Assembly (NCBI GenBank): GCA_038496445.1
Contig: JALMLS010000548.1
Span: 1-64,000, forward strand
From: Trichosphaerium sp. ATCC 40318
Lineage: Eukaryota > Protista > Tubulinea
Length of the DNA: 64,000 nucleotides
Reading direction: 5' to 3'
Below the pieces are notes generated by a model. It had not been told where the DNA came from. It searched no databases and saw only the letters and a list, made by a program, of their open reading frames with translations. Positions 10,826 through 23,700 of this stretch are shown here, in pieces (the first letter of the stretch is position 1; each line of letters opens with the position of its first letter). Both the position numbers and the translations under genes were made by a program.

Positions 10826-13800
10826 ATGGTAAGTAATGGTAGAGGCAAAAACCCAAACCTTTTTTAAACTCGCCACGGGAATATACCCACGGGAGAGGTG
10901 CTAGCTCCGCGAGATGAAAAGAGACTAGATTTTGCTATCCCGTTTAACTTTGTAATAAATGGGCTGAGTGTGCGCGTTGCTCATGTATTAGCAGTTTCAG
11001 TGAGACACCGACTCGCGTTGCAGACTCTTTGCCTTTTTGAACTCTGTTTACTTTTTCTTTTTTTTTTGTTGCCTCAACCAAAGCTAACTAGCGGTTGGGC
11101 GTATATACGTGCATACGGTTCAAATGGAATGGCTTTGCTAAGTCACAGACATACTAGGATTTAAATAAACGTAAACTAATGGCCGACAGAACGCAGTATG
11201 TAGTGGCACAATTCTGTAGTGCTTTTCACGAATTTTTGGTTTTTTTTTTTGCTTATTTATTGCCACTTTGCTTTTTACTTCTGGCAGCTTTGTTCTGCAT
11301 ACCTCCTCAACGCAGGATATGCTACCTATACGCTGGTGTGAAGGCGCCAAAAAACCAGAAAAATACAAATGGCCAATTTATATACCTTGGGCAATTACAC
11401 GAAGCCCATTGGCTGTAATGCCGCGTTCAAAAAAATTCTACACATAATTGGATGCTGTCTCATGATTTAACTCTTCCAAACAGCTCCAGCCGTTACCGAG
11501 GCAGAGGTGGACATTATGGCAACCACGAAGATAGTAATTCTCATCGGTAACGTGTACCTTTAGCTAAATTCACAATAACCTTGAACAGAGACAAAAAACA
11601 ATATCGTGGTTACAATAATAAAAGCAGGTACGCAAGAGAACAAGATATTGCAAGGGCTGCTTTTGATGGTTTTTTTTTGGCTTTTATTTTCACACAAAGT
11701 TTTTAAGCCACACTGCGCGCATTGTGCACGATCTGGCGTATTTTGTACCGCTTTATTTCATTACCTGATGTACTAATTTGCAAAAACCAGGAATTCTAAC
11801 CACAGTCCTGTACGAAGAAGGTAACAAAAAAAAAAAAACAGAAAAAAATAAACTTTTACCCTTCAGTTGCCTCATTTGCGTTGTAGGTACAGTCCTGAAA
11901 GGCGCAATTATTCTCCAAAACGTGACTATAGTCCCAGACGTAGTCGCTCACGTAGGTACGCAAATAATGACAATACTTTAATATTAAATAATTCAGTCTG
12001 TTCTATTTTCCAAACTAACTAATAAACTCAAGCCGATACAGCAGGAGTCGCTCGCGCAGTCCCAACGTTCGTGATTCTCGTGGTCGTGGTGGCTCATGGC
12101 AACGCCGCACGCGAAGTCCAAGCACCAGCCGGTACTAAAGCACCATCAGTTGCCTTGCTTTTTTGTTGTTGTTGACTTTTGGTTTTTTTTAGCAGCAGAA
12201 GTCCTTCTAGACGAAGTAGAAGTCCTTCATATTCTCGACGACAACGTTCGTCATCTCCTAGATCTCGTCGCTATAGTAGTAGTACGCGCAGGAATGGCGA
12301 TACATACCATAGAGATAGAAACGGCCGCAGTAATGGCGCAAACCATAGAAGGCGCAGCAGATCACCCAGACGTTATAGTGCATCTCCACCGCGACAGCCC
12401 TCTCCTGAACCAAACGATATCGAAGGTATGGATACGAGAAAAGCTTGCTTCCCACTCTTGGTTTGTTCTCATTTTCTTTAACTCTTCTTTAGATTTTACT
12501 TCACGCCACTCAGCGAACCCTCCTCGCCTTGTGACAGTACCTCGGTATGTCCAAGTTGCAGTTTATGCCGTTTATCGCTAAAACAAATGTAGAAAACCAG
12601 GCCGCCAGCCTCCGATTAAGTATTTACCGAGATTGCAGCAAGGAAACTGGAAGCTACTAACAGATCCAAGTGAGTACTTCTACCCAGTGTACCGATTCTC
12701 CATTTAATCGCAACTACGTAGTTCTGGATGGGAAACACGCTCTTAAAGCTGGTGTATCCGGTAGAGCATATCGTGTTGACGGCCACGCAGCTCCAGTAGA
12801 TCCAGAAGATGACATTGTACAAGTGAGTGGTAGCGCCACAGATCCCAGGGAACGAATGAGACTCGACTTGCCTACCAAGTTACCCGTGCCTAACTTTGTC
12901 AATGACGAATATTCCATCTCTTTACCAAAACCCAGAAGGTGCTTATACCCTTTCTTTTTTTTTCATTTTTAGTATCCTAATAACATTCTCAGACTCTTCA
13001 TATCTGAAATCGACAGCGCTGACACAAATGCTTTGGTGAAGAAGTTTCGTTCTTATGGAGACATTGAAAAATGCGATTTTCCGCGCTCGTCAACTATTGG
13101 TTTTGTAATTTTTAGTACCTCCAAAATGGCTCGCCTGGCGCAGAGAAAAGTTAACGGCACAAATTACCACGGATATGATGTATCAGTTCAATATGATCCA
13201 GATGGTACCCTTATCAAACGCACTTCCAACAACTTTGTTCTTAAAAACATTATTAGGTGAGCTGTATAATGAAGCATATCAAAAGGTTCTAGATTCTGTA
13301 GAATATGACAAACACCAAAATGAACGGTGGTCAGCCAATGCTCCGCCACCTGCATCTCATTACTCTTCACCAAATTCAGGTAAACGTAACATATTGTACT
13401 TTACATGGGTAACATAGTACTTACTTCTGTTGTGCAGGTCATAGTGCTGCAAACAATTGGTCAAATGGCAATTCAGTGTCTCATGCCTGGCACCCAGCAC
13501 CTAATGCTACACAAACTCAAGTGGCTCCTCAACCTCAACCTGTAGATCAAGGACCGCATGTTGAAGAAGTAGATATGGACACAGGTGAGGACGATGCTGC
13601 TGTTGTTCCTGTTTCTGTTCCTTCTTCGTGGTCACCTTGGAATCCAAAGTGGCAAAGAGACACCACGGACCAGACACAGCATGCTGCTTCTGCTACACAA
13701 GTAGCACCAGTTACTATGACAGCCACTACAATGTCACCCATCCAAGACGTAGAAATGTACACTATTGCCTACCTTTTGGGTGTTATGCTTACTCCCCTTT

Positions 13801-16800
13801 GAAGGGCTGATGCAGAGGAGGAAGAAGAGGCAACAACTGAACCACCAAAACCTCAACCAAGACAAGAAGAGGAAGTCATAGAACCAGTGATCGAGGAAAC
13901 GTCTACAGAAGGAACACCTATGCACTCACTCAAAATATCATTCAAAGGTACACGCTATTTTTATTGTTGATTGAAGTAACCGTTCTGTTTTTAGACACAA
14001 CTGGTTGGATCGACTATGCATCCAAATTAATGGCCAAATTTTCGTATTATTCGCCAGTTTGTGTACGCTACTTCTAGCGTTAGTTGCTTCCTAACTCTCA
14101 AATTGTGCAGGCCTATTTTGACGCTGGCTTTTGGTACCTAGCGTTTGGTAGTAAGCAGGATAGAGAGATTGCATATAAGAGCATTAACGGTTCAACCTTC
14201 GAACGTAAAAAGGTAAACACACCAGCCTGATTTAAGATTCTCACGTGAATTTAGATCTTTTCTACACCGTGTCTTCGTGCGATACCACCTGAAAAGCCTA
14301 AAGAAAACAGTCAAAACACGTACGGTTTTAGTTCAAACTCTTTGAGGTGCTCACATTGTTCCTTTAGCTTTGATGAAATAGAAAAACAAACTTATAATTT
14401 GGTATGGAGCTTTCTTTTTTGGATAGTTTGCTCACTTTTTGTCTAGGTTATTTCTGAGCTTCACCGCGCCACAATGCGCACAGTCAGGAGAATGGTACTA
14501 GACAATACTATTGGCGAACATTTGTCAAAGAGGTTGAAGGCACTCATGAAAAAGAAACAAGAGGTAAACAACTCTTTTACGTTTTTCCTTCGTTGCTTAT
14601 GTTGTAAGGCCCAACTTGCGAGTGAAGCGTTGCTAAAAGAGCGTGGAAGCCCCAAAGGATCGCCTGTTGTGAAGACGGAACCCAAGAAGGCTCCTCAAGT
14701 TGATAACCGATTTTTGGCTGACATTGACATTTTGAAAAAAAGGGACAGCAAGAAGGTGGCGGTAAAGGTTAAACCCAGTGCTCCTTCAAAACCAAAGCGT
14801 CAAGATGACGATCGTGTTGCCGTAGAGTTGTTATCTCTTAATGATAGCTCATCATCAAATGGTTCTCCTGAACGCGATAGTATTGATAGCTTAGTAGAGA
14901 AGTCTGCACCAAATTCTCACGTTGACGAAGATGAGGAGCACTATCTAGATGATACTTATCTAGATGCTTTGCCTGATACCTCAGTTATTGACAATGATAC
15001 TGGCGTCACAGAAATTGGTGTATTGAAAAGAGACGAACCAGACACAAGGATTGAGACTCCACTGGAGCCACTAGATAAGGTAAACTGAAAGCTTTTTTTA
15101 CTGGTTGTACTAACTCGAACGCTTAAGATTCGACGCAATATGTCAAAGATGGCTTCTGGAGATTTGGGTAACTCAGATGAAGACAGCTTCATAGAAAATG
15201 ACATCGTTTCACCTCCGCTTAAAAAACGAAAAAGGGAAACCTACGAGACTTCTGAGCAGTCTAAATGTGCGCCTTGTTTGCAGAGCTTATCGAAGACACG
15301 TTTGCTTATTATTTACAGCTATTCCTGTTACTAATGCAGCACCGATTGATTACCAACCACCAAAGAAGCGTAAACGCTCAGTTTTTGTTGTTGGTTCTGA
15401 TGACGAAGCTTCGGATTCTGACCAAGACTTTAACGCTTCTGATATGTCTGATGAAGAAGATGAATTTAAAGTCAGTGAAGATGATATGGAAGTACAGGAT
15501 GACTATGTTGACGCAACTCCCTACAGACGCAACAAGAAAATGCCGCAACCATCCCAGCCTAAGGCAATCTTACCAACCGATGATTACACAGTTGTTGTAA
15601 AGAAAACCAACAAATCCAGCAAGGTATGTTCCTTCATGCACAAAGTAATGGAATATTAATCGTAACCAATGGCTTTAGATATCAATAAACAATGGGCACA
15701 AAAAGGTAAAGCAAGAAGCTGACGAAGATAGTGGTGAAGACGATGTTGGTTTCTTAAACTACTTTGCCAAGTCAGTTCCTCGAAAAGGTGAGGCCTTACT
15801 GATTGCTTCTGAAATATTTTTACTCATGCTTTTGTTCAGGCGATGGTTACAATCTTGATGTCATTGATGACACTACTACTGAATACTGGAAGGACTATTC
15901 ACTGGACGAAGTTTATGACGATGAAGATCAGATGTACTTTAAACAGGCCATGAAGAAATTGGCGAAAGAGCAACCTGAGCTTTTGGAGGAAAAACCAAAG
16001 CGCCACATGTTCGGGCCTACATCTTACTACAATAAGAATGCTTCAAGTGATTCTATGGATGTTGACGAAGAAGAAGAAGAAGGAGAGTGTACCAGATGCC
16101 GTGGTTATCAATACATGTCAAAATTCGAAAAAGCGGCACTCGTTGCTGCTGAAAGGCATCGCAAAAAAGAGCAGCAAAAACAAAAGCTTCTCACTGCTCA
16201 AGATAAGTTATTACCTGCAGTGGCACGTGAAGCGAACAAAAACGCACTCTCCCACAAGGCTTGGGGCCGAGAAAATAGGTTGGCACGCCGAAGATTTCAT
16301 CAGGTAAACATCGACTAGGACATGCTCTTTAGATTTTAGTTTTCGTTGTTTTTAACATAGTTTGTACAGGCAATGGCTGATCTCAACACGGATTACAGCA
16401 GTAATTATAATGTGTTAAAGAATCGTAAGAAGCGACTTAAATTCGAGAGATCTACTATCCATGAATGGGGTCTTTTTGCTCAAGAACCAATACAGGCATG
16501 CCAGATTTTTTGTTCTAAGCAAGCAAAGCAAAGATTAACATTTACTATTTAGCAAGACGATATGGTTATTGAATATGTTGGCGAAGTTATTCGATCAAAA
16601 GTCGGTGACCTACGTGAAAAGATATATGAGGGTCTTGGGATTGGATCAAGCTACCTCTTTAGGATAGATGATGTACGTACCCCTACTTGTCTACATAAAA
16701 TAATTTTGTTGCTCATGGACTACTAGCGGTATATCATTGATGCTACAAGACGCGGGAACATTGCAAGATTCATTAACCATTCTTGCGACGTACGTTGAAA

Positions 16801-17071
16801 TTTAGGTTTGGTTGTCTTTTTAACAATTATTTTGATAGCCAAACTGCTACGCCCAAGTTATTACAGTGAACAATCAACCGAAGATTGTAATATACTCTAT
16901 GCGGCCTATTAGTGCTGGAGAGGAAATAACTTACGACTACAAATTTCCTATCGAGCCCGATGAAGATAAAATACCTTGTCTATGTGGAAGTAAGTTCTAA
17001 TACTTTTTTTATCTTCTAGCGTTATATCTAATTCCGTGCCAGGTGAGAAATGTCGCGTTTACCTAAATTAA
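10826..17071 (+). CDS. SET1: SET1/SETD1-type histone H3K4 methyltransferase (RS-rich N-terminus, RRM, N-SET, SET, post-SET)
   Basis: [80 protein letters not shown]; RRM near 12990-13250. The 5' exons are less certain. Confidence 0.9.
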
Positions 17072-17316
17072 CAATGTACATGTGTAATATACATACCCAT
17101 ACGGTGCATCATTTTCGAAGCAAGTTAGTCACGATGCCACACTAGCAGCTCTTTGCCAAACTTTCTTTTTTTTTGTGTTCAGCAAAGTTGGGCTCCTTTT
17201 TCCAAAGACTTGGATTTATAACATAAAAAACCCTGTAAACAAATATACGCGCATCGATAACACATTCATATATTTATTTAGTGCGCATTATGATACACAA
17301 TGATGCATTCATATAT

Positions 17317-18630
17317 TTATTTTTTTGTTGCTTTTTTAGATCCCTTTTTACTCTGTTGAAAAAGTCGCTTTTTGGCTTCAAGAATGTGATCAAGCCATTG
17401 CTAAAGTTATAAGCTTAACTTCTTAAATATGATTACAAATACCTGAGGCGTATACGACACATCGCCACCATAATATTCGTGTAGTTGACTTTTATCAATG
17501 TACTTTAACAAATCTGCTTCAGAACTCAAAATTCGCATCTACACTGTTTGTCAGCAAATGTTTGATAGTATTTTCCTACCCTTGAAAGTATTTTTGATTT
17601 TACAAAGAGGCGTGCTATAGCCATTAGAGCAGTAAGAAACACAGGAGGATTAAGAACCTTGAGTAAGAAAAAAGTAAGAATATGGTACTTTGGCAAACAT
17701 CGTACTAGCAATCTTTTTGTGCGGCAAGGGAATTTGTTTTCAAGTAATTCCATCAATTTCTTACGCATTTCAACATCAAAATGCGCCCATGTCATGCCCT
17801 TCATATCTACTACAACACAAATGCCATTGCGATGATAGTCCATTCTATAAACACATGTTATTACATTCAATGCCCAAACAAAAAGAGTACCCTTCAGAAG
17901 TAAACGAAAGCAAATGAACAGCAGTCTAAACTACTCTTTAGTATTTATGACAACTTAGACTGTTATTACGCACAGCAAAGTCTAGCGCATCTTCTCTGTC
18001 AACAGTAGCAGGGTTGAGAAAAGTTACTCTATTGTACAGAAGTGCATAGCCCTCAATTGTTCGAGCCCCTTACTACAGGTCAACAGCAGCAACAAAACAA
18101 ATAATACTACCTGGAACGCTCAGGAATGCTCCACAAAGCGTCACCTCTTTAGAAATTGTATTGGGTTTATAGGCTCTGCTTACCCTTTCATCGTTTTGTA
18201 CCCACTTGAAGTACATAAGTAAACTCAAAAACAGAAGATTTGAAAAAAGTTCTTACTTCATAAAACCCTTTCGCCATTTTGACTGTCCTTTCCAAGTCGA
18301 ATTTTCTGGCGAATAGCATTCCCATCAATAACCTCGAGCTTCACTGAGCTTATGACTACGCCGAAATAGGCTTACCGATCATGTATTACTGACAATATAC
18401 TATCGGTGAGCAAGTTTTTCACCTCGTTAAGCGCTTTGAGCTCGTGTGGAAAGAGTTCAGTTGAAAGTCCTCCTCGTGGAAATTCCCCAAGCTGTTGTTG
18501 CTATGTACGTGTCAGACAATGCTATTAGGTATGCACCAACCTCATAAGTATCAGGGCTTTTAATTCCAGATGCTTTCTTTTTCTTTTTGCTTTTCGGTGT
18601 TGCAATAGGCGAAACTTCAACTGTTGTCAT
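17317..18630 (-). CDS. CRAL-TRIO/Sec14-like lipid-binding protein
   Basis: MLFARKFDLE, GICVVVDMKGMTW, LENKFPCRTK, VLNPP..MAIARLFVKSKILSR, LHEYYGG. Confidence 0.88.
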
Positions 18631-18999
18631 GTTGGTAGTGAATACAAAACAATTTTACATTTCTGATTCACAAAAGACACGTGGAGGACAATTGTTTTGC
18701 CCGAGCGATATTCAACTCACTAGCCTTTCAATATTTGAATGATGGAGCGGCTTGTTTGTCACCTAAATATTGATACTACCAGCGAAAATTCGTGACGAGA
18801 AACGGTGGATTAATTTGTCCTAAACCAGTCCACTCCGAGCCATTATTCAACAAACCAAAAGTTTTTAGTAGAGACCCAAAAAAAAGCGAAGGCACGTAAG
18901 TTTGGCAAAATAACAAATATATTTCGGTACAAAGTAAAGCCAATCTATAGCTGGCAAACTAACTTTTGCACAACCAACACTAAAGTATTGGAGTTTTCT

Positions 19000-20522
19000 T
19001 TAAGCTTTCCAAACTACAATGGCACCATCTAATCCAGTAGTAGAGAATGAAGAAGCATTGCCAGGTGCTCCAACAAACGCATCTAAGCATCTAGGCAAAA
19101 ATAAATAACATTAAACAAAAAAAGCAAAGTCAACTTACGTTACGCAATTTTGATGAGTTGTTTTGGCAGCTGAACCACCAGACCTGTCGGCACCGCCTCT
19201 AGCGTCCATGTTCCTGAATTTTTGGAAGGCGCTGAATTGTTGTGGTGCTGCGCTAGCTGTTTTTTGGTCCATTTCTTTTACTTTTGTAATTCCACCTTTA
19301 ACGGTAAATCAGATAAGTCAATACAAATTACCACGCACTCTCATTGCCAGAGAATATTACTGGGCGACAGTCATGACCAACACAAACAAAGTTGTCTTCA
19401 GACAACCACATTACATCAAGGAATGGTAAACCACCGTAAGGGAAAGTGAACTCTTGATGTTGATTTGGAGCAGGAGCGTGCAATAAATGCACAGTAGAGT
19501 CGTGGGTTACAAAAGCAATCCTAAAACATACGTAAACAAATAAAAACAACCACCAAATTGTCGAAAACTCGTACTTGTTACCAGATGGAGACCATTTGCA
19601 AGCATGTACCCAACCGTTTGTAGGGATTTCTTTAAGCATATTACCAAATGGCAATCTAGTACCGTAAGGAGTACCAGCCTTTGCGACTTCCCTGCGAAAC
19701 AAAGTGAATAACGTCAACCGAATTTTGTTAAAGTAGAATTAGACCACTTACTTTGAGTCTACGTTTCTAACGAAAGCAGATACTACACGTAAAGTAGAAT
19801 CAGCACAGGCAGTAGCTAACAAAATATTGTTAGGGTGCCATGCGATATCGAGAATGGTTGAAGTGAAAGACTTTTTGATGTGCTTAGACACCCACCAATC
19901 GTTCTCCTAGTTACCGCCGTAAGTATACAAAAATAGTTTTGTAGAGTGGGGTGCGTGACAGGTAATTTTTTTTTTTTCATTTTCTTTTTTTGTAACGTTG
20001 TAGAGTTGGGTGAAAGTAACGCACCTTATCAAAGTGACAAACGGACACTACTTTAGCGCCACTGGCTACAGCGAATTTGTCCTCGTTAGGGCTCCACTTA
20101 CATCTAGTGGCAGCGCGATTGAGCCTCAAAATAACCAATGTTGGTTTCCACTGGTTTTGTTGAAAGCTCCATACATAAGCGTTTCTGTCCTGCGCGCAAG
20201 TAACGATTCTGTTGCTCTTTTCTCCCCAATCTATACCAGTGACAACAGCGTCGTGCTAAGAGCGTCAGAAAGCGCATAAATCACTAAAAACGGCCAAATA
20301 CTAAAATTTGCGGTGATGCCCACCTCCTTCAAAGTGTGCTCGAGTGTGTAGTTTCCAACACCGTTTCTTTTGTAAATGAGCACTTCATTGTTATTTGGGC
20401 ACACAGCAACGCCTGTCAATTGTAAGTTAACGTGATTAGAGCTTCATCTTGTTCGTACGCGTTTTATCCGCGTTCCAAGCGTGGCAAGTGATACTAATAG
20501 CTAAACGAGCTTTATCAGTCAT
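19000..20522 (-). CDS. ARPC1: Arp2/3 complex subunit 1 (ARPC1/p41)
   Basis: [60 protein letters not shown]. Confidence 0.97.
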
Positions 20523-20772
20523 GTTTACAACAATATTTAGCTTCTATACCGGCGTTGACAGCCTGTGCAAGAAAAAAAAAAGTTTATGACTGTTTTTAGT
20601 AAAACGCAAGTTTCCCCACTGTAACTGCTAGACTACGAATGGCATTACGCCACAGTAGTTCGTAGCCTTTTTTTATTATTTTACTAGTTTGGGTATTTTG
20701 AAATTGAACACCCTACCAACGGTTGATGCACCGTGCGCCCAGTAACCGTTATGTTATACAATGACAAGCGCT

Positions 20773-23700
20773 CTAAGAGCTTAGAACAGGAAAGCGCGTT
20801 GTAGTAGAGTTACAAGTAACATCTGGCGTTTGCCATCTCGCACTGCCTTGTAGAATGAGTTCTGCAAAAAACTTGTCTGCAGCCTGTTGTACATTGTCAG
20901 ATAAAAATCGAGATGAATGACTCTACCTCAACGAGTCTAGGTACAAACGCATCTCCTAAGCGCCTAAAACTCCAAGAAAAGCTAGCACTGATTGGTGGTA
21001 CGGTTCCTTTCGGGACAGAGCGTATTAGTTTTTAACAGAACTAAGTGTGCAACACATACCATCATTGAGCTCTTCGATTGTAACGTAACGAATCTCCAAC
21101 GAAGCGAATAACCCATAGCCAGCGATTATAATTGGAATTTTACGTTTTATCCAACTATGGCGAAGGCTGGTGAGCTCCAGTGGTTGTTCGTCAGTTGCAT
21201 TTACTTTATCCAATACAGCTTACGGACGAAATTATAAGCATTAAATATTGAGCCTTGTACTTACATGGAAAGTATGTGCTGACAGTGCCGAGAGTGTCGA
21301 AGGATGAATCTAGTGGAATATTTTCAATCTTTGTCGTTTTCTCAAAATATGGCATGTGGCAATTGCCTGTAATAATAACATGTTAGGAAAAAGCGCTAAA
21401 ACACTTGTCTATAGCGTGTTGAAGTGATTCTCACCTTGATTTAACTCAATTTTTATGGAAACTGCACGTTTTTGTGGTGTGTCAGTGTCAGTATTAAATA
21501 CAGTTGTAAGGTTTTCTCCCAGGGCTCTATACAAGATACGCCCATTTTTGGTTGATGAAAACTCTGTTGATATAAATGTTAGACTTGAAATACAAAGACA
21601 TCTTTTTGACTCTGTGTACCTTTTTGTTGAATTCGAAATCTAAAGTCTTCTTGCAATTGCCTTAAAGTATCATCGTTTGTATCAAATTTTCTGCGCTCTC
21701 TTATAATGGCATCGCCTACTCCAAGATTATTTTAAGAGTATCGAATTAACATACCTTTGTTGGTCGATATAGACCAACCGGTAGGTTTAACAGCAGGATC
21801 ATCCTCCAAAGATGATAAAAACGCTAAAAAAGCTTCTACACCTTGTTCACGTGCTGTGAATTGTGCAGGGTCCAATTCAAAAGAATACTGTCGCTGATAC
21901 TGTAGTCGTGGTCCAATTGGGAAGAAAAGGAAGAATGCAACACCTACCTTTTGTCAATCCAAATTTTTAAGATAACAATCTACTCACCAAACGCAATGAC
22001 AAGCATCATCAAAGGTAGTAATACAAACGGCGTGATTTTGTCATCGTAAGCAACATATGGTAAGCGTCGCTTGATATGACCACGTCTTATGTGAAACAAA
22101 ATGAGTGCGTACACTAAAAGAACAATTAGATAAATAAATTACGTTGAATAAAGTATGTACAGCAAGAAACAGCACACACTGAGAGTAGTGCAACTCCAAA
22201 TATTTTACCAACAACGGTGCCTTGCTGCCATCCAATGTTTATCACTGGTATAGCAATACCAACAACAAATATAAGTGTGTTGAGCCACCAAAGCAATACT
22301 CTTTACAAGAAAATATTGTTACTGCCAATTCACAAGAACTTTATCTTTTCGCGTACCTCTCATTTGCAAAAAAAGTTTTTGGTTCTATTTTTTGCCTGTT
22401 ATCAATCGGAGGAACAATAAATTCGTCAAGCAGCATTTCGTTGGCTTCATGTCCTCCAATACTAGGTACCAATGATTGATTCAAATTATTAACAGTTTTT
22501 AGAGATCTCATTGTTGCTGTAAAACTTGTAAGTGTCAAAGCACGCCATACTCATGTTTATCGTACGTTTGCTTGATATAGATCGTTCCATAGGTTGTTTG
22601 ACATACCAATTAGTACCCTGTGTTGTACTAATATTTACTACTGGATTATCAAACCTGCCTATGATCAGAAAACCACTACAATGTATTTTATACGTACCAA
22701 TGCGGAAGTACTTTACAAGAGTCATACCAGTGAGTGGCTACGCCATGCTGAAACTTGGAAAAGCGTTCAGCTGAGATAAGGTAACCACTCTCTACTAGAT
22801 CAGTTACCTAGATTCAGTTAGATAATTTGGTAATCAAAAGGAAAGCGAGAATGTACCCAATCTGGAGGTATATCATGTAACTTAAGTTCCAGTACGGCCA
22901 TAGGGAATATTAATAAATCTTCTTTGTTTGATATAGGACCTTCTCTAAACCACTTTCCAGGAGCTATGGTTCATGGTAAATATAATGCGAGGTAAATCGT
23001 ATAATACCATGATTTTGTGTCTCCTTTAAGAACTGTAGCTCAGTGTCAATAGACACGCGTACTTGATTGGAGCTAGCAAGTTGGAACGCAGCACGCGTAT
23101 AGGTTGTGCGCAGGCGTGCCCTTAATTTTTTCTTTACAACCCTAAACATCAATCAATATAAAAGAATACCCACGTCTAGACTGGTTGTACGTTTCTTGAA
23201 TTTGGTTTGCTAAATCCCATTGGCGACGAATGGATGCCTTATCCATTCCTAAGTTCTTATTTAACAGGCTTCTCATTGCTGTTTTTAATACCTTCTTTTT
23301 GTAGTCTGCGTACATCGTCTTGATACGACCAATTACCTTCCAGAAAGTCTGCAACTACATTTGATCTTATAGGTACACGTTCTTTTACAGACTCTGCCAA
23401 AACCCAACTCTCATGATGAGTTTTCTGCTCAAGAAAAATCTCATCCCGTAATTTCTTTCCATACCTACAGTAGTAAGGATCTAATCATATTCTGTCGCAA
23501 TTCCATACCATCTAAATCGAATCAATTTAGCCCCTTCTTTTTTAGATAGACGAGCGTGATAACAAGAGCCACGCTTATTATCAAGGTAAACTGATGTAAT
23601 CAATCCAGCATCATTCAAATGTGGATCATCAATTTCCTCTTCCATGTTTGCGTAGTTCTCTGACAAACCTTGGCCACGTCCTAATTACAGTCCCAGTTAA

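Noticed and set aside
10896-10916. SAM-I riboswitch-like string AGGTGCTAGCTCC..AGATGA in the SET1 intron
   Set aside because: Only the 3' half resembles the consensus; the P1 5' strand (AUC..GAG) and GCAACC are missing.
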